Of a DNA stretch of 64,000 nt, positions 30,566 through 41,115 are shown one piece after another. The first letter of the stretch is position 1. Every line of letters begins with the position of its first letter. The position numbers were made by a program, and so were the translations under genes. Below the pieces are notes generated by a model that did not search any database, was not told the origin of the DNA, and saw nothing but the letters and a program-made list of their open reading frames with translations. Origin of the DNA: Candidatus Micrarchaeia archaeon (GTDB taxonomy: Archaea; Micrarchaeota; Micrarchaeia; CAILAH01); the NCBI GenBank assembly GCA_038874595.1, contig JAVZCB010000001.1, positions 64,001 through 128,000 on the forward strand, read 5' to 3'.

Positions 30566-31489
30566 TTATTTTGACTTCTCATCTTTTTTGTAAATGATTT
30601 TTATTTTGTTTTCTTTCACGCACTTCTCAATACCACCATAATCTTCTATTGCATTGGCGATCTCCCGCGTTTTAATCTCTAATTCATCATTTCTATATGA
30701 TGTGTCTAGTTTGTATGATTTATCTTTTTTGTTATATTCATATACATTAACACTTGTATAGATAGCATCCTCCCAATTTTTCGATTTAGGGTCAGTTAAA
30801 GTTTTGTAAACATCTTCCTTCTTCAAATCTGAATTAAATGACACTTTAAATACAATAACCTTATCCCCTAATTTTAGTACTCCAGTTGCATTAGTTTTGC
30901 CTTTTAATCCGGATGCTTTCTCAATCTCCTCTACTGCCTTTTCAGCTGCCATCTCCAATCTTTTTTCAGCAGTTTTTTTATCATTTTTCTCTAAATCTTC
31001 TTTGATTTTTTTCAAATCTTCAACCTGCGCCAATACCTCTTCATCAGAGCGGATGGGTTTACCTATAACAAGTTCAGGCTGGAATGAGATTTCGCGTTTT
31101 GTCTTACCTTTTTCTTTTTTGTCAGTTTTTTTCATTTCGGTGGGAGGCGTGAACACCAATTCGGTACGCTCAGCAATCTTCGCCTTGCCGGACTCGATCA
31201 GCCTGTAATTTTGAATATCTTCCTTGGCAAGGAAAAGCCGGCCTTCCTTATTCATGTTTTGCTCGTTAGTCAGGCAGCTGTACAGCCATCTCAATTTTTC
31301 GTTTGATTTTATTTGCTTATCATCTTGTAAGCTAATGCTCTTAACAAGCAGCTTAATCTCTTCATTGGTCAAGTTTTTGAGTATCCACTCACGCGTGTTT
31401 TTTGTGAGCTGCTCATCCATCCATTTCTTTTCCTTTTCAAGCTCATCCTTTTTCTTTACAGCAACATTATTTGCCATTTTTATCCCCAT
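30566..31489 (-). CDS. Lys/Glu-rich hypothetical protein
   Basis: 307-aa AT-rich ORF, no motif recognised. Confidence 0.6.
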   Translation of the reverse strand: MGIKMANNVAVKKKDELEKEKKWMDEQLTKNTREWILKNLTNEEIKLLVKSISLQDDKQIKSNEKLRWLYSCLTNEQNMNKEGRLFLAKEDIQNYRLIESGKAKIAERTELVFTPPTEMKKTDKKEKGKTKREISFQPELVIGKPIRSDEEVLAQVEDLKKIKEDLEKNDKKTAEKRLEMAAEKAVEEIEKASGLKGKTNATGVLKLGDKVIVFKVSFNSDLKKEDVYKTLTDPKSKNWEDAIYTSVNVYEYNKKDKSYKLDTSYRNDELEIKTREIANAIEDYGGIEKCVKENKIKIIYKKDEKSK

Positions 31490-31578
31490 ATACCAATCTG
31501 CCGCAACGTATTAATACCTTTCTGTGTGTGTCGTGCAAGCTGTCAGCTATTTTTATTTATAAATGGTGATATACACAT

Positions 31579-32268
31579 ATGGCAAAGATAGACGCAATCC
31601 TGTTTGACATGGATAATACATTGCTTGATTTTATGTATTACAAGCGCGAGACTGCAAAAGCTGTTGCAAAAGCAATGATTAAGCACGGTCTGCCGGCCAC
31701 CGAGAAAGAGGTTATCGACAGGATATTCCAGATATACAAAGAAAAAGGCATAGAGTACCAGAAGACGTGCTATGATATTGTTTTTCCGTATAATCTTGAG
31801 ATTAATCTGGCAGAGAAGATACAGCACGCAGGCATAGTTGCATACCAGAAGAGAAAGTTTGAGGCCCTGTACCCATACCCAGGTGTCAAGGAAACGCTTT
31901 CAAAACTTAAAAGGAAAGGTCTTAAGCTTGGCTTGGTATCAGATGCGCCACGAAACAAGGTATGGGACAGGCTTATCATAGCAGGGCTTGAGGATTTCTT
32001 TGATGTTGTCGTTTCACATTCTGATACGTTACAGTTCAAGCCGCACCCGTCTTCGTTCCAGCTTGCTCTGAAAAAGCTTGGCCTGCCTCCAGTGCACGTG
32101 CTTTTTGTGGGCGATGACCCGTCACGTGACATAAAAGGTGCAATGTCGCTCGGTATGAAAACTGCACTTGCAAAGTACGGTGAGACGTGGAAACAGCACC
32201 AGCGCCAAGATATAATCCCCGATTATACTTTAGACAAGTTCGAAGACCTGCTTGATATTTTACGTTAA
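31579..32268 (+). CDS. HAD-superfamily hydrolase (subfamily IA)
   Basis: FDMDNTL, KPHP, VGDD..RDI. Confidence 0.92.
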   Translation: MAKIDAILFDMDNTLLDFMYYKRETAKAVAKAMIKHGLPATEKEVIDRIFQIYKEKGIEYQKTCYDIVFPYNLEINLAEKIQHAGIVAYQKRKFEALYPYPGVKETLSKLKRKGLKLGLVSDAPRNKVWDRLIIAGLEDFFDVVVSHSDTLQFKPHPSSFQLALKKLGLPPVHVLFVGDDPSRDIKGAMSLGMKTALAKYGETWKQHQRQDIIPDYTLDKFEDLLDILR

Positions 32269-32359
32269 GTAAACTACAATTTCATATTTTAGAGCATTGT
32301 GGATATCCTCTTTTGATATTTACGTTAAAGTGTGCTCGTTTAAATCCTAAAGTTTAGAA

Positions 32360-34207
32360 TTATCTTTTAATAGATATATAGAATACCCATATACCGGTTA
32401 TAACAAATATCAGGCCATGCATAAGCAGTACTTGTAAGTAGATTGGAGCAGGTGAGTTATAAATAATTGCAGATTGCATTGCCGTCATGGCCTGCGTTAG
32501 CGGTGATGCCAGGCCGATAGCCGCAACCTGTGATGGCATAAACTCAAACGGGAATAGCAAGCCGCTCAGGAATAGCAGAGGGAGACCTACCACAAGTGAT
32601 GCGAGGAACGCTGTGGCCTCAGAATCCGAATAAAGCGCAATGATAATCCCGATAGCGTTGAATATGAATACAGTAAGTGCCAGCACCTCCAGCAGGAACA
32701 CGCTGACCTGGATATCAGAGAGCGGGAATGCACCGAACACAACGGATGCAAGCAGGAGCAGCACGATTGCACTCGGCAGCATCACGACAGTATAGCTGGC
32801 TACCTTGTACAGGATAAACTCAATAGGGTGCACCTGTGCAAGGCGTATTCTTGCAAACGTCCCGTAATATTTCTCTTTTACGAGCGATGTCGATGATAGG
32901 AACAGCGCAATGAACATCAGCACCAGCGGCAGCATGCTCGGGAGCAGGAAATCAAAGAAAGGCCTCTCACCCAGAAGATGATGTGATGAAAGCACTATTG
33001 GGGAGATAACCGTGGACGGTTCACGGGATGTTATCTTATATATTTGTATGCGGCTCTTTCCAATAATCTCCTCAAATTCATACGTCTTGTTTATTATCAG
33101 GTCAAGCGAGTAATCAATTTCCTGGATGGTTTCCAGCGCAGATGCGCGGTTTTCCTCAAGCTCCGCCACAAACCGCGACATTGCACCAAGCTTTGCGTAA
33201 GCGTCCGCGGAGCTGTTTTTTGCAGATGCAATATTAGTTTTGAATTCCTGTATTGTGAGGTTTGCGGTGCGGAGGCCTGCACGCGCTTCGCGTATCTTCA
33301 TTAGCCGTGATTCAACCGCCACGTGCGCCGGTGATACGGTCGAATTGAGCGAATCAAGCGTTACACACAACGGTGCTGACATTGGGTTTGAGCAGTCTAT
33401 ACTACCCCTGGCCGCGCTGATTGCATCAGTTATGTTTGACAGTGAGCCGTTTACGGCCACAAGGTCAGATTCGGTCTGGGCTAGTGCCTCTTCGTACGAT
33501 GCAAAATCAGATTCGATTTTTGTGAGGTTTTCTTCCGCATAGCTCAATTTATTATATGTGGTATTCAGAGTAGCATTGGCAAGCAAAAGATTACCCTTTA
33601 CTAAATTAATATCAAGCGAATTCAATGAATCCGCAGTGGATTTGAGTTGTCCTTTCATTTGTATTGCGCGCGTGCGCGTGGTGCGCGTCTCTTCCAGCAG
33701 TTGCACAAGCTTGGCATCAGCATCATTAAGCTGTGACCATACCTCTAATATGAACTGCCTCCCAACCTCCTGGCCGGTCTGCTGCACAGCAGCTGCCATA
33801 AGAGACTGCAATGAGGGTGACACCTGGAACCTTGAATTATCAAGGAATATCTTTACAACCTGTGCCTGCCCGTTCACGATACCGTTCTCAAACCCTTTTG
33901 GGAGCACAAACGCTGCAGCGAGCCTGCCCGCTTTAACCTCATTGTATAGTGTTTCGCTGCACCGCGCACCTTTGTATTCAACGAGCTCAGTCGCATTAGC
34001 CAGCCCGGATACGAACAGCCTCGAAAAATTGCTTCCATCTTCATCACAGTAGCCCATCCGTGTCTTTTTAAGCTCAACAGATGTGCCGCTGAAAACAAAG
34101 CTTAGTATGATGATTACAAGTGCTGGCACTGCAAGCATAAGCAGCAGTGTGCGGCCGTCACGTGTAAACTGCCGCCAGTCCTTTGCAATCTCACTTTGGA
34201 GTTTCAT
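32360..34207 (-). CDS. ABC-2 type permease with large extracellular coiled-coil insertion
   Basis: N-terminal TM, DED..S ectodomain, long heptad region, C-terminal TM bundle with FLSGLLFP. Confidence 0.85.
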   Translation of the reverse strand: MKLQSEIAKDWRQFTRDGRTLLLMLAVPALVIIILSFVFSGTSVELKKTRMGYCDEDGSNFSRLFVSGLANATELVEYKGARCSETLYNEVKAGRLAAAFVLPKGFENGIVNGQAQVVKIFLDNSRFQVSPSLQSLMAAAVQQTGQEVGRQFILEVWSQLNDADAKLVQLLEETRTTRTRAIQMKGQLKSTADSLNSLDINLVKGNLLLANATLNTTYNKLSYAEENLTKIESDFASYEEALAQTESDLVAVNGSLSNITDAISAARGSIDCSNPMSAPLCVTLDSLNSTVSPAHVAVESRLMKIREARAGLRTANLTIQEFKTNIASAKNSSADAYAKLGAMSRFVAELEENRASALETIQEIDYSLDLIINKTYEFEEIIGKSRIQIYKITSREPSTVISPIVLSSHHLLGERPFFDFLLPSMLPLVLMFIALFLSSTSLVKEKYYGTFARIRLAQVHPIEFILYKVASYTVVMLPSAIVLLLLASVVFGAFPLSDIQVSVFLLEVLALTVFIFNAIGIIIALYSDSEATAFLASLVVGLPLLFLSGLLFPFEFMPSQVAAIGLASPLTQAMTAMQSAIIYNSPAPIYLQVLLMHGLIFVITGIWVFYISIKR

Positions 34208-35159
34208 TAGCTGCACCCTCACGAAGTTTTGCACCCGTCAGTTTCAGGAACACATCCTCAAGCGACGGCCGTGATATTGAAAATTCAACAATCTTCTCTT
34301 CGTGCTTTGCAAATATTTTGGTTATATCCTGCACCAGTGCTGAAATATCATCAGATTCAACAATAACTCCGTGCTCAGTAGGCGTGATTAGCGAGATGCC
34401 TTTAACCTTACGCAGTTTTTCAAGTATTGCATCATACCTCCCAGGGATTGATTTTATCCTTGCGATCTCCCTGCCAGCCATTTTCTTGAGCGTTGCAGGC
34501 GTCCCGTCAGCAACCACCTTCCCGGAATTCATAAGCACAATGCGCGTGCACAACGCCTCCGCTTCCTCAAGGTAATGCGTTGTTAAAAGCACGGTTGCAT
34601 TGGTATCACGCGCCACTTCACGGACGGCTTGCCACATGCTATTCCTGACTGCTGGGTCCAGCCCAGTGGTCGGCTCATCTAAAATGATAATCTTTGGGTT
34701 ATGCATAAGCGCACACGCCAGGTTTAGCCTGCGTTTCATGCCTCCTGAGAGGCTTGCTGCAGGCACATCTTTCTTATCAGCAAGGTTCAGCTTGCGCAAC
34801 AATTTATCCGCGCGCGTATCTGCCTCTCTACCCGAGATGCCATAAAGTGAGCCAAAGTAAAGCAGGTTTTCTTTACACGTGAGTAACGGGTAGATTGCAT
34901 TATCCTGGGGTGCTACACCAATCAGCTTACGGTTTGATTTTGAGATGTTTTCCTCAAATATTGTTAATTCACCGGCGGTTGGCTCCTCAACACCTGCAAT
35001 TATATTGATGAACGTGCTCTTGCCGGCACCGTTCGGCCCTAGCAGGCCTATTATCTCGCCTTCATAAATATCAAGTGAGAACTCCTCAAGCGCAGTTTTA
35101 TCAGGGTATTTCTTAGTGAGATTTTTCGCGCTTATCACGGTCGCCATACATCTAAACAT
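34191..35159 (-). CDS. ABC transporter ATP-binding protein (DrrA-like)
   Basis: GPNGAGKS, LSGGMKRR, LDEPTTGLD, TTHYLEE, PSLEDVF. Confidence 0.95.
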   Translation of the reverse strand: MFRCMATVISAKNLTKKYPDKTALEEFSLDIYEGEIIGLLGPNGAGKSTFINIIAGVEEPTAGELTIFEENISKSNRKLIGVAPQDNAIYPLLTCKENLLYFGSLYGISGREADTRADKLLRKLNLADKKDVPAASLSGGMKRRLNLACALMHNPKIIILDEPTTGLDPAVRNSMWQAVREVARDTNATVLLTTHYLEEAEALCTRIVLMNSGKVVADGTPATLKKMAGREIARIKSIPGRYDAILEKLRKVKGISLITPTEHGVIVESDDISALVQDITKIFAKHEEKIVEFSISRPSLEDVFLKLTGAKLREGAANETPK

Positions 35160-35211
35160 CCCAACAATCTTTTATAAATTCAACAGTATGGATTACCAAT
35201 TACCCACTGCA

Positions 35212-35703
35212 TTAATTCATAATGAGTATGAAGTAATTCAGGATACCTGCAAAACTCACCCATAAGAGGTATGGCACCTGTAAGAGAGCGGCTATCCTGT
35301 TTATTTGATAGAACCTGAAAATCATATACACTATTGATATCCAGAGCAGCAGTATTACAATTAACCCATATAACGGCGACTGCAACCCAAAGAAAGCAAA
35401 CGACCATAATACGTTAAGTGCAAGCTGGACCGCAAATACTGCCAGTGCAGGAATTCTCTCCTTATGCCCAGAAGTATAAATAAGATATAGCGAGACACCC
35501 ATCAATGCATAAAGTGTTATCCAGACAGGTGAGAACAGCCAGTTGGGTGGCCTGAACTCCGGCTTTTCAAGCTGTTCGTACCAGCTTTCGATGTTAGGTA
35601 TAGTAAACAAGGAACCAATAACACCAGCCAGTTCACAGGTAAGGATGGCAATGATGAGCATTCCTGCTTTTTTAATTATTTGGCTTTCAGGTGTTCTTTT
35701 CAT
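35212..35703 (-). CDS. tspO: TspO/MBR tryptophan-rich sensory protein
   Basis: WYEQLEKPEFRPPNWLFSPVW, LNVLWSFAFF, PYLLWVSFA. Confidence 0.93.
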   Translation of the reverse strand: MKRTPESQIIKKAGMLIIAILTCELAGVIGSLFTIPNIESWYEQLEKPEFRPPNWLFSPVWITLYALMGVSLYLIYTSGHKERIPALAVFAVQLALNVLWSFAFFGLQSPLYGLIVILLLWISIVYMIFRFYQINRIAALLQVPYLLWVSFAGILNYFILIMN

Positions 35704-35706
35704 GTG

Positions 35707-35876
35707 TGGAAAACATCAGCACTTAAGCATAAAAATACTACTTCCTAATGTAAATTTGGCATTCTGTAGTATAAATCTAAGTTGTATTAATTTACGATTT
35801 TTTCATAAGAAAACATTACACTGATTTTTTGTGAGATGGAAAACATCAGCACTTAAGCATAAAAATACTACTTCCT
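35707..35876. repeat. 40-bp perfect direct repeat (35707..35746 and 35837..35876)
   Basis: tggaaaacatcagcacttaagcataaaaatactacttcct occurs twice, 130 bp apart. Confidence 0.9.
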
Positions 35877-35922
35877 TTAATGTAATCTGCCATTAATTTT
35901 AATGATGGTGGGGTGGCCCATT

Positions 35923-36198
35923 ATGGCAAAAAAATCATCAGATGAAAACGAACGCAAAATCTCCCAAATTGTTGAGTTTATGGATATGCTGATGGGTGAT
36001 AATACTATCCCCCGAAACATCAAGAAAGCAATAAGCGATGCAAAGGATAAGCTGCTCGCACCCGGGGACCCGGTTTTTCGTGCAAGCTCTGCAGTGTATA
36101 CGCTTGAGAATGTAAGTGAGGATATAAACCTGCCGATGCACGCACGCACACAAATATGGAACATAGTCAGCACCCTTGAGACGATAAAGGAGAAGTGA
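35923..36198 (+). CDS. UPF0147 family protein
   Basis: D.TIPRNIK, D.NLPMHARTQIW; typical neighbour of PolD genes. Confidence 0.88.
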   Translation: MAKKSSDENERKISQIVEFMDMLMGDNTIPRNIKKAISDAKDKLLAPGDPVFRASSAVYTLENVSEDINLPMHARTQIWNIVSTLETIKEK

Positions 36199-37724
36199 GT
36201 GTGATGCTCCAGAGGTTTGCCGATGAGGGCTTCCTCGTGGAATCGGGTGTTGACCGCCTGCTTGCAGAATGCGGTCTCCAGGCAGATGCAATAATTGAGT
36301 TTGCAAAACAGCGTGATGAGTTTATAATCTCGCATTCCTTGATTGAGGATTATCTCAGGCAGAAGCATGAGCAGGAGAAAGCCTCTTTGCAAGAGCCTAT
36401 CGAACCTGAAACGCAGGCGTGCATTGAGAAAGTTGTTGAGGTGAAGGTTGAGCGCCCAGTTTTCCGTGCACTGGCATCAGAGTATCCATCACGTATTGAG
36501 CACATTGCCAGGTATGATGTGAGCGGCAAGTCCACTTGTGAGGGCACAGTTGATGATTTTGTATCGCTTTTCAAGGATAGGCACAAGAGGATATCTGCAC
36601 TCTTGCACGCACAGCCGTCACAGTATCCAGTGACCACATTAAACGGTGCAAAGAAGGGTGAGAAGTGCAGGTTTATTGGGATGGTGCGCTCAAAAACGGT
36701 AACAAAGAATGGGCACCTGATAATTGAGATTGAGGATGAGCAGGGTGTGATGAAAGGGTTCATAAACAGCTCAAAGAAGGAGCTGATGGCCCTCTCAGGG
36801 CAGGTGCTTTTGGATGAGGTGCTCGCATTTGACGGTAATTACAAAGACCCTTTCTTCTTTATTGATGCAATTACGTGGCCGGATATCCCGGTAAGCAAAC
36901 CAAAACGCCTGATTGAGGAGGACCTTTCAATAGCTTTCTTATCCGATTTGCACGTTGGCAGCAAACTTTTTCTGGAAGACCAGTTTAAGCATATGCTTAA
37001 CTGGCTGAAGGGCAACTGCGGGGATGCGCGTGAGCGCGAGATTGCTTCCTCTGTAAAATACCTGTTTATAGCAGGTGATATGGTTGACGGTATAGGGATA
37101 TACCCCAACCAGGAGAAGGAGCTTGCAATACAGGACATTTATGAGCAGTACAATACGTTGTTCAATTATCTTGAGCAGGTCCCGGAATACATTGACATCA
37201 TAATGATACCAGGTAATCACGATGCGGTCAGGAGAGGTGACCCGCAACCGCGTATCCCGGATGAGTTCATTAGGAACAAGCGCTCAAACTATCATTTTGG
37301 CTCATCACCATCCTGGTTTAAGGTTGAAGGGCTAAACTGCCTGCTTTATCACGGCAATTCGCTTGATTCAATGATTGCAAACATAGCGGGGCTTTCATAC
37401 AACGAGCCAGAGAAGGCGCAGGTTGAATACTTGAAAAGGAGGCACTTGTCACCGATATATGGCTCTAACCACATAATCCCAGAGAAGGAGGATTATATGG
37501 TGATTGAGGACGTCCCGGATATTGTACATATGGGGCACGTGCATAAGAACGGTTATGTTGAGTACCGCAACGTGCTGTGTATTAACGCAGGCACGTGGCA
37601 GTCGCGTACCGAGTACCAGCGTATGCAGGGGCACATACCTACACCTGCAATTCTTCCGATATATAATATGAAACGCGGCTCGATTCGCCAGGTTGATTTC
37701 AATGGTGGTACCGTTGAGTGCTGA
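36195..37724 (+). CDS. polB: DNA polymerase D small subunit DP1
   Basis: SDLHVGS, GDMVDGIGIYP.Q, PGNHD, YHG, RRHLSP, GHVH. Confidence 0.95.
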   Translation: MSVMLQRFADEGFLVESGVDRLLAECGLQADAIIEFAKQRDEFIISHSLIEDYLRQKHEQEKASLQEPIEPETQACIEKVVEVKVERPVFRALASEYPSRIEHIARYDVSGKSTCEGTVDDFVSLFKDRHKRISALLHAQPSQYPVTTLNGAKKGEKCRFIGMVRSKTVTKNGHLIIEIEDEQGVMKGFINSSKKELMALSGQVLLDEVLAFDGNYKDPFFFIDAITWPDIPVSKPKRLIEEDLSIAFLSDLHVGSKLFLEDQFKHMLNWLKGNCGDAREREIASSVKYLFIAGDMVDGIGIYPNQEKELAIQDIYEQYNTLFNYLEQVPEYIDIIMIPGNHDAVRRGDPQPRIPDEFIRNKRSNYHFGSSPSWFKVEGLNCLLYHGNSLDSMIANIAGLSYNEPEKAQVEYLKRRHLSPIYGSNHIIPEKEDYMVIEDVPDIVHMGHVHKNGYVEYRNVLCINAGTWQSRTEYQRMQGHIPTPAILPIYNMKRGSIRQVDFNGGTVEC

Positions 37725-40700
37725 TAACTCAAGAACACACACAGATAACAACGCACAGCAGCAGGCAACAGCCATTATTCATAATGATATCAAGGCATAT
37801 TTCAAGCGTATCGAGGAGGGGGCACAGGAAGCGCTCAGGATTGCAAACGAGGCGCGCAGGAAAGGCTACGATTTCGTTGACCATGTTGAGATAACGCTTG
37901 CACCTGATGTTGCAGGCCGTGTTGAGGGTATTGTTGGGCCGAAAGGCATTTCTGAGGTTATCAGGGAGCTGGTCGCACAGAAGAAGACGCGCGATGAGGT
38001 TGCGTTTGAGATTGCGCGCCGTATCACCACCAATGAATTTGCGACCGGCCTCAACACTGAGCAGCGGCTCGGGCAGGCAGTACGTACCGGCCTTGCGGTG
38101 CTTACCGAAGGTGTGCTGGTAGCACCTACTGAAGGTATATCCGCAGTTAAGATTGAGAAGAACCCTGACGGCTCAAACTACTTAGCGATTTATTTCTCCG
38201 GCCCGATTAGGTCGGCAGGAGGTACCGCAGCAGCATTGGCTGTCCTGCTGGGTGATTACGTCCGCCGGTTTGCTGATATTGGCGATTTTATACCTACAGA
38301 AACAGAACTGCTCCGCTATGTTGAGGAAGTGAATTTATATGATGCAAGGTGTGCCAGGCTGCAGTACAAGCCGCCAGATGAGGATATAAAATGGGTATTC
38401 AAGAATTGCAAGGTATGCATTGCAGGTGAGCCTACACACGATATTGAGGTTAGCGTGTACAGGAACCTTGAGCGCATGAAGACCAATAGGGTACGCAGCG
38501 GTGTTGCGCTCGTGAGCTGTGAAGGGATTGCACAGAAAGCGCGTAAAGTCCTCAAATACGCAAAGAAGTACGGGCTTGACTGGGGCTGGCTTGAGAAGCT
38601 TGTCAAGGAGAAAAAGAAAGAGGATAAGGTTGAAATCAAGCCGAACGATACGTTCTTGGAAGGGCTTGTTGCAGGCAGGCCGGTCTTTTCGTACCCATCA
38701 GCAAAAGGCGGGTTTAGGCTAAGGTATGGGCGCACGCGGTTTACAGGTATTGCTGCAAAAGCGATACACCCTGCTACTATGGTGCTGCTTGATTATTTCC
38801 CTGCGTTGGGAACACAGCTTAAGATAGAACGCCCAGGTAAAGGCACGGTAATAACACCGTGCGATACAATAATGGGCCCAATCGTTAGGCTCAAGAATGG
38901 TGATGTTGTATATGTTTCATCCTCAGATGAGGCAAAACTGCTTTATGAAGATGTTGAAAAAATCCTATTTCTAGGCGACATGCTTATATCCTATAATGAT
39001 TTTTCAAAAGCGAACCACGTGCTTTTACCATCACCGTTCGTTGAGGAGATATGGGACATGCTCGCTGCAGAAAAGTCAGCAAGCCAGGGTGAGCAAATCG
39101 TACGGCCCAGGACGGCGCGTGAGGCGTTTGATTTATCACGGAAGACATCGCTCCCATTATACCCGGCATACCTATACTTTTGGAGTGATATCTCAAAAGA
39201 AGAGCTGTTGACACTTGTTAACGCAATCACATCTGCTGGCAAAGTTGAGCTTGATTGGTTTGATGTAAAATCGCTTACAATCAATGATATGAGCGCAAAG
39301 CCCGTGCTTGAATCGCTCGGTGTGCCTCACAAGCTTAGGGATGGCGCAATAATAGTTGAAGGTGATCATGCATATTCACTTCTTGCCACACTCGGTATGC
39401 TTGGAAGCAGTTCAAACGCTAAAATATCCAGGGAAGTTATCGATTCTGCTGTTTCAAACGCCAATACTGATGACGTGTGCTCCATACTCACAATAGCATC
39501 AGGTGTTGAGATACGCAGGAAATCCACATATTATATAGGGTCCAGGATGGGCCGGCCTGAGAAGGCAGATGACCGCTCAATGGCAGGTTCTGTCCACGGC
39601 CTGTTCCCGATAGGAACGCTCGGTGGCAAACTCCGTAGTGTCTCAACAGCGATAAAGAGCAATTATGCATCCTCACTTAATGTTGACCTTGTAGAGCTGC
39701 ACTGCCACAAATGCAACGCAGTATCTTTTTATCCTGTATGCATTTCATGCGGTGCGCGCATCGAGTATGATATCTCAGCAGTTAAGCATAGTGTCAGGCC
39801 GATTGATTTCAAGTCGCTTTACGAGCGTGCAGTAAAACGATGCGATTGTTCACCTGAAGGGTTCCGTCTCATCGTGGGGCTTACAAGCAGCACAAAGTTC
39901 CCTGAAGCGCTCGAGAAAGGGCTTCTCCGTGCAAAACACGGCGTTTACGTGTTCAAGGATGGCACGTGCAGGTTTGATTCAACTGACCTGCCGGCAACGC
40001 ATTTCAGGCCGCGTGAGATAGGTACCTCAATTGAAAAGCTGCGCGAGCTTGGCTATCTATATGATGCTTCCGGCGCCCCGCTCGAATCCGAGGACCAGGT
40101 TGTTGAGCTGTTACCGCAGGATATAATATTATCAGAGAACTCTGCTGACTTTTTTTTGCGGCTCTCTCATTTCATTGATGACCTGCTCATACACCTATAT
40201 GGCATGAAGCCTTTTTACAATGCAGACTCAAAGGAGGACCTTATAGGCCATTTGTTTATCACACTCTCACCGCATACATCTGCAGGTGTGGTAAGCCGCC
40301 TCATCGGTTTTATTAAGGGCCGTGTCGGCATATCACATCCATATGTGATTTGTGCGCGCAGGAGAAATGCGGATGGTGATGAGGATACCGCGATACTTTT
40401 GATGGATGCATTCCTTAATTTCTCAAAGCTATACCTTCCAGAGACACGCGGCTCAACCATGGATGCGCCTATCGTTCTTACAACGGTTGTTGACCCTGCC
40501 GAGGTTGATGATGAAGTGCATGCAATGGAGGTTGTCAAATCTTATGGGCTCGAATTTTACAAGGCCGCTGAAGAGTACAAGCCGCCAAGCGCAATCAAGC
40601 CAGAGCTTGTTGAGGACAGGCTCGGGAAAGAAAGCGCGTTTTACTCTCTGGGGTATACGCACGAAGTCACGGATATAAATGATTCTCCAGTCCGTTCCGA

Positions 40701-41115
40701 GTACGTGCTATTAAAATCAATGAAGGATAAGCTTGATAAGCAGTTCTCACTATACAGCAGGCTGCGCGCAGTTGATGCAGTCGATGCGGCCACGCGGTTG
40801 CTATCATCGCATTTCATCCCAGACATCTATGGGAACCTACGCTCATTTTCCAGGCAGACGTTCCGCTGTGGCGGCTGCAACAACATTTATAGGAGAGTAC
40901 CATTATGCGGTAAATGCGAGAAGTGCGGCGGCAAGCTTCTCCTAACAATCAACAAGGGTGGGATTGAGAAATACATCAAGCTCGCCAAGTATCTCATAAC
41001 CAAGTACGATCTTCCTGAGTATACGATGCAGCGGTTGGAGCGCGTAGAGAAGGAAATCTCATCGATATTTGAGGATGAAAAAAAGAAGCAGTCATCTTTG
41101 GCGCAGTTCTTGTGA
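37693..41115 (+). CDS. polC: DNA polymerase D large subunit DP2
   Basis: EG.LVAP.EGI, GPIRSAGGT, GGFRLRYGR, SRMGRPEK, DGDED catalytic motif, GNLRSF.RQ.FRC; exact start uncertain. Confidence 0.97.
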   Translation: MISMVVPLSADNSRTHTDNNAQQQATAIIHNDIKAYFKRIEEGAQEALRIANEARRKGYDFVDHVEITLAPDVAGRVEGIVGPKGISEVIRELVAQKKTRDEVAFEIARRITTNEFATGLNTEQRLGQAVRTGLAVLTEGVLVAPTEGISAVKIEKNPDGSNYLAIYFSGPIRSAGGTAAALAVLLGDYVRRFADIGDFIPTETELLRYVEEVNLYDARCARLQYKPPDEDIKWVFKNCKVCIAGEPTHDIEVSVYRNLERMKTNRVRSGVALVSCEGIAQKARKVLKYAKKYGLDWGWLEKLVKEKKKEDKVEIKPNDTFLEGLVAGRPVFSYPSAKGGFRLRYGRTRFTGIAAKAIHPATMVLLDYFPALGTQLKIERPGKGTVITPCDTIMGPIVRLKNGDVVYVSSSDEAKLLYEDVEKILFLGDMLISYNDFSKANHVLLPSPFVEEIWDMLAAEKSASQGEQIVRPRTAREAFDLSRKTSLPLYPAYLYFWSDISKEELLTLVNAITSAGKVELDWFDVKSLTINDMSAKPVLESLGVPHKLRDGAIIVEGDHAYSLLATLGMLGSSSNAKISREVIDSAVSNANTDDVCSILTIASGVEIRRKSTYYIGSRMGRPEKADDRSMAGSVHGLFPIGTLGGKLRSVSTAIKSNYASSLNVDLVELHCHKCNAVSFYPVCISCGARIEYDISAVKHSVRPIDFKSLYERAVKRCDCSPEGFRLIVGLTSSTKFPEALEKGLLRAKHGVYVFKDGTCRFDSTDLPATHFRPREIGTSIEKLRELGYLYDASGAPLESEDQVVELLPQDIILSENSADFFLRLSHFIDDLLIHLYGMKPFYNADSKEDLIGHLFITLSPHTSAGVVSRLIGFIKGRVGISHPYVICARRRNADGDEDTAILLMDAFLNFSKLYLPETRGSTMDAPIVLTTVVDPAEVDDEVHAMEVVKSYGLEFYKAAEEYKPPSAIKPELVEDRLGKESAFYSLGYTHEVTDINDSPVRSEYVLLKSMKDKLDKQFSLYSRLRAVDAVDAATRLLSSHFIPDIYGNLRSFSRQTFRCGGCNNIYRRVPLCGKCEKCGGKLLLTINKGGIEKYIKLAKYLITKYDLPEYTMQRLERVEKEISSIFEDEKKKQSSLAQFL

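Noticed and set aside
35707-35876. Possible CRISPR array
   Set aside because: Only two copies, separated by 90 nt, and no cas genes in the window.
16660-41115. Inteins in Cdc48, SMC or PolD
   Set aside because: Lengths are normal and no intein splice-junction or LAGLIDADG motifs were seen.
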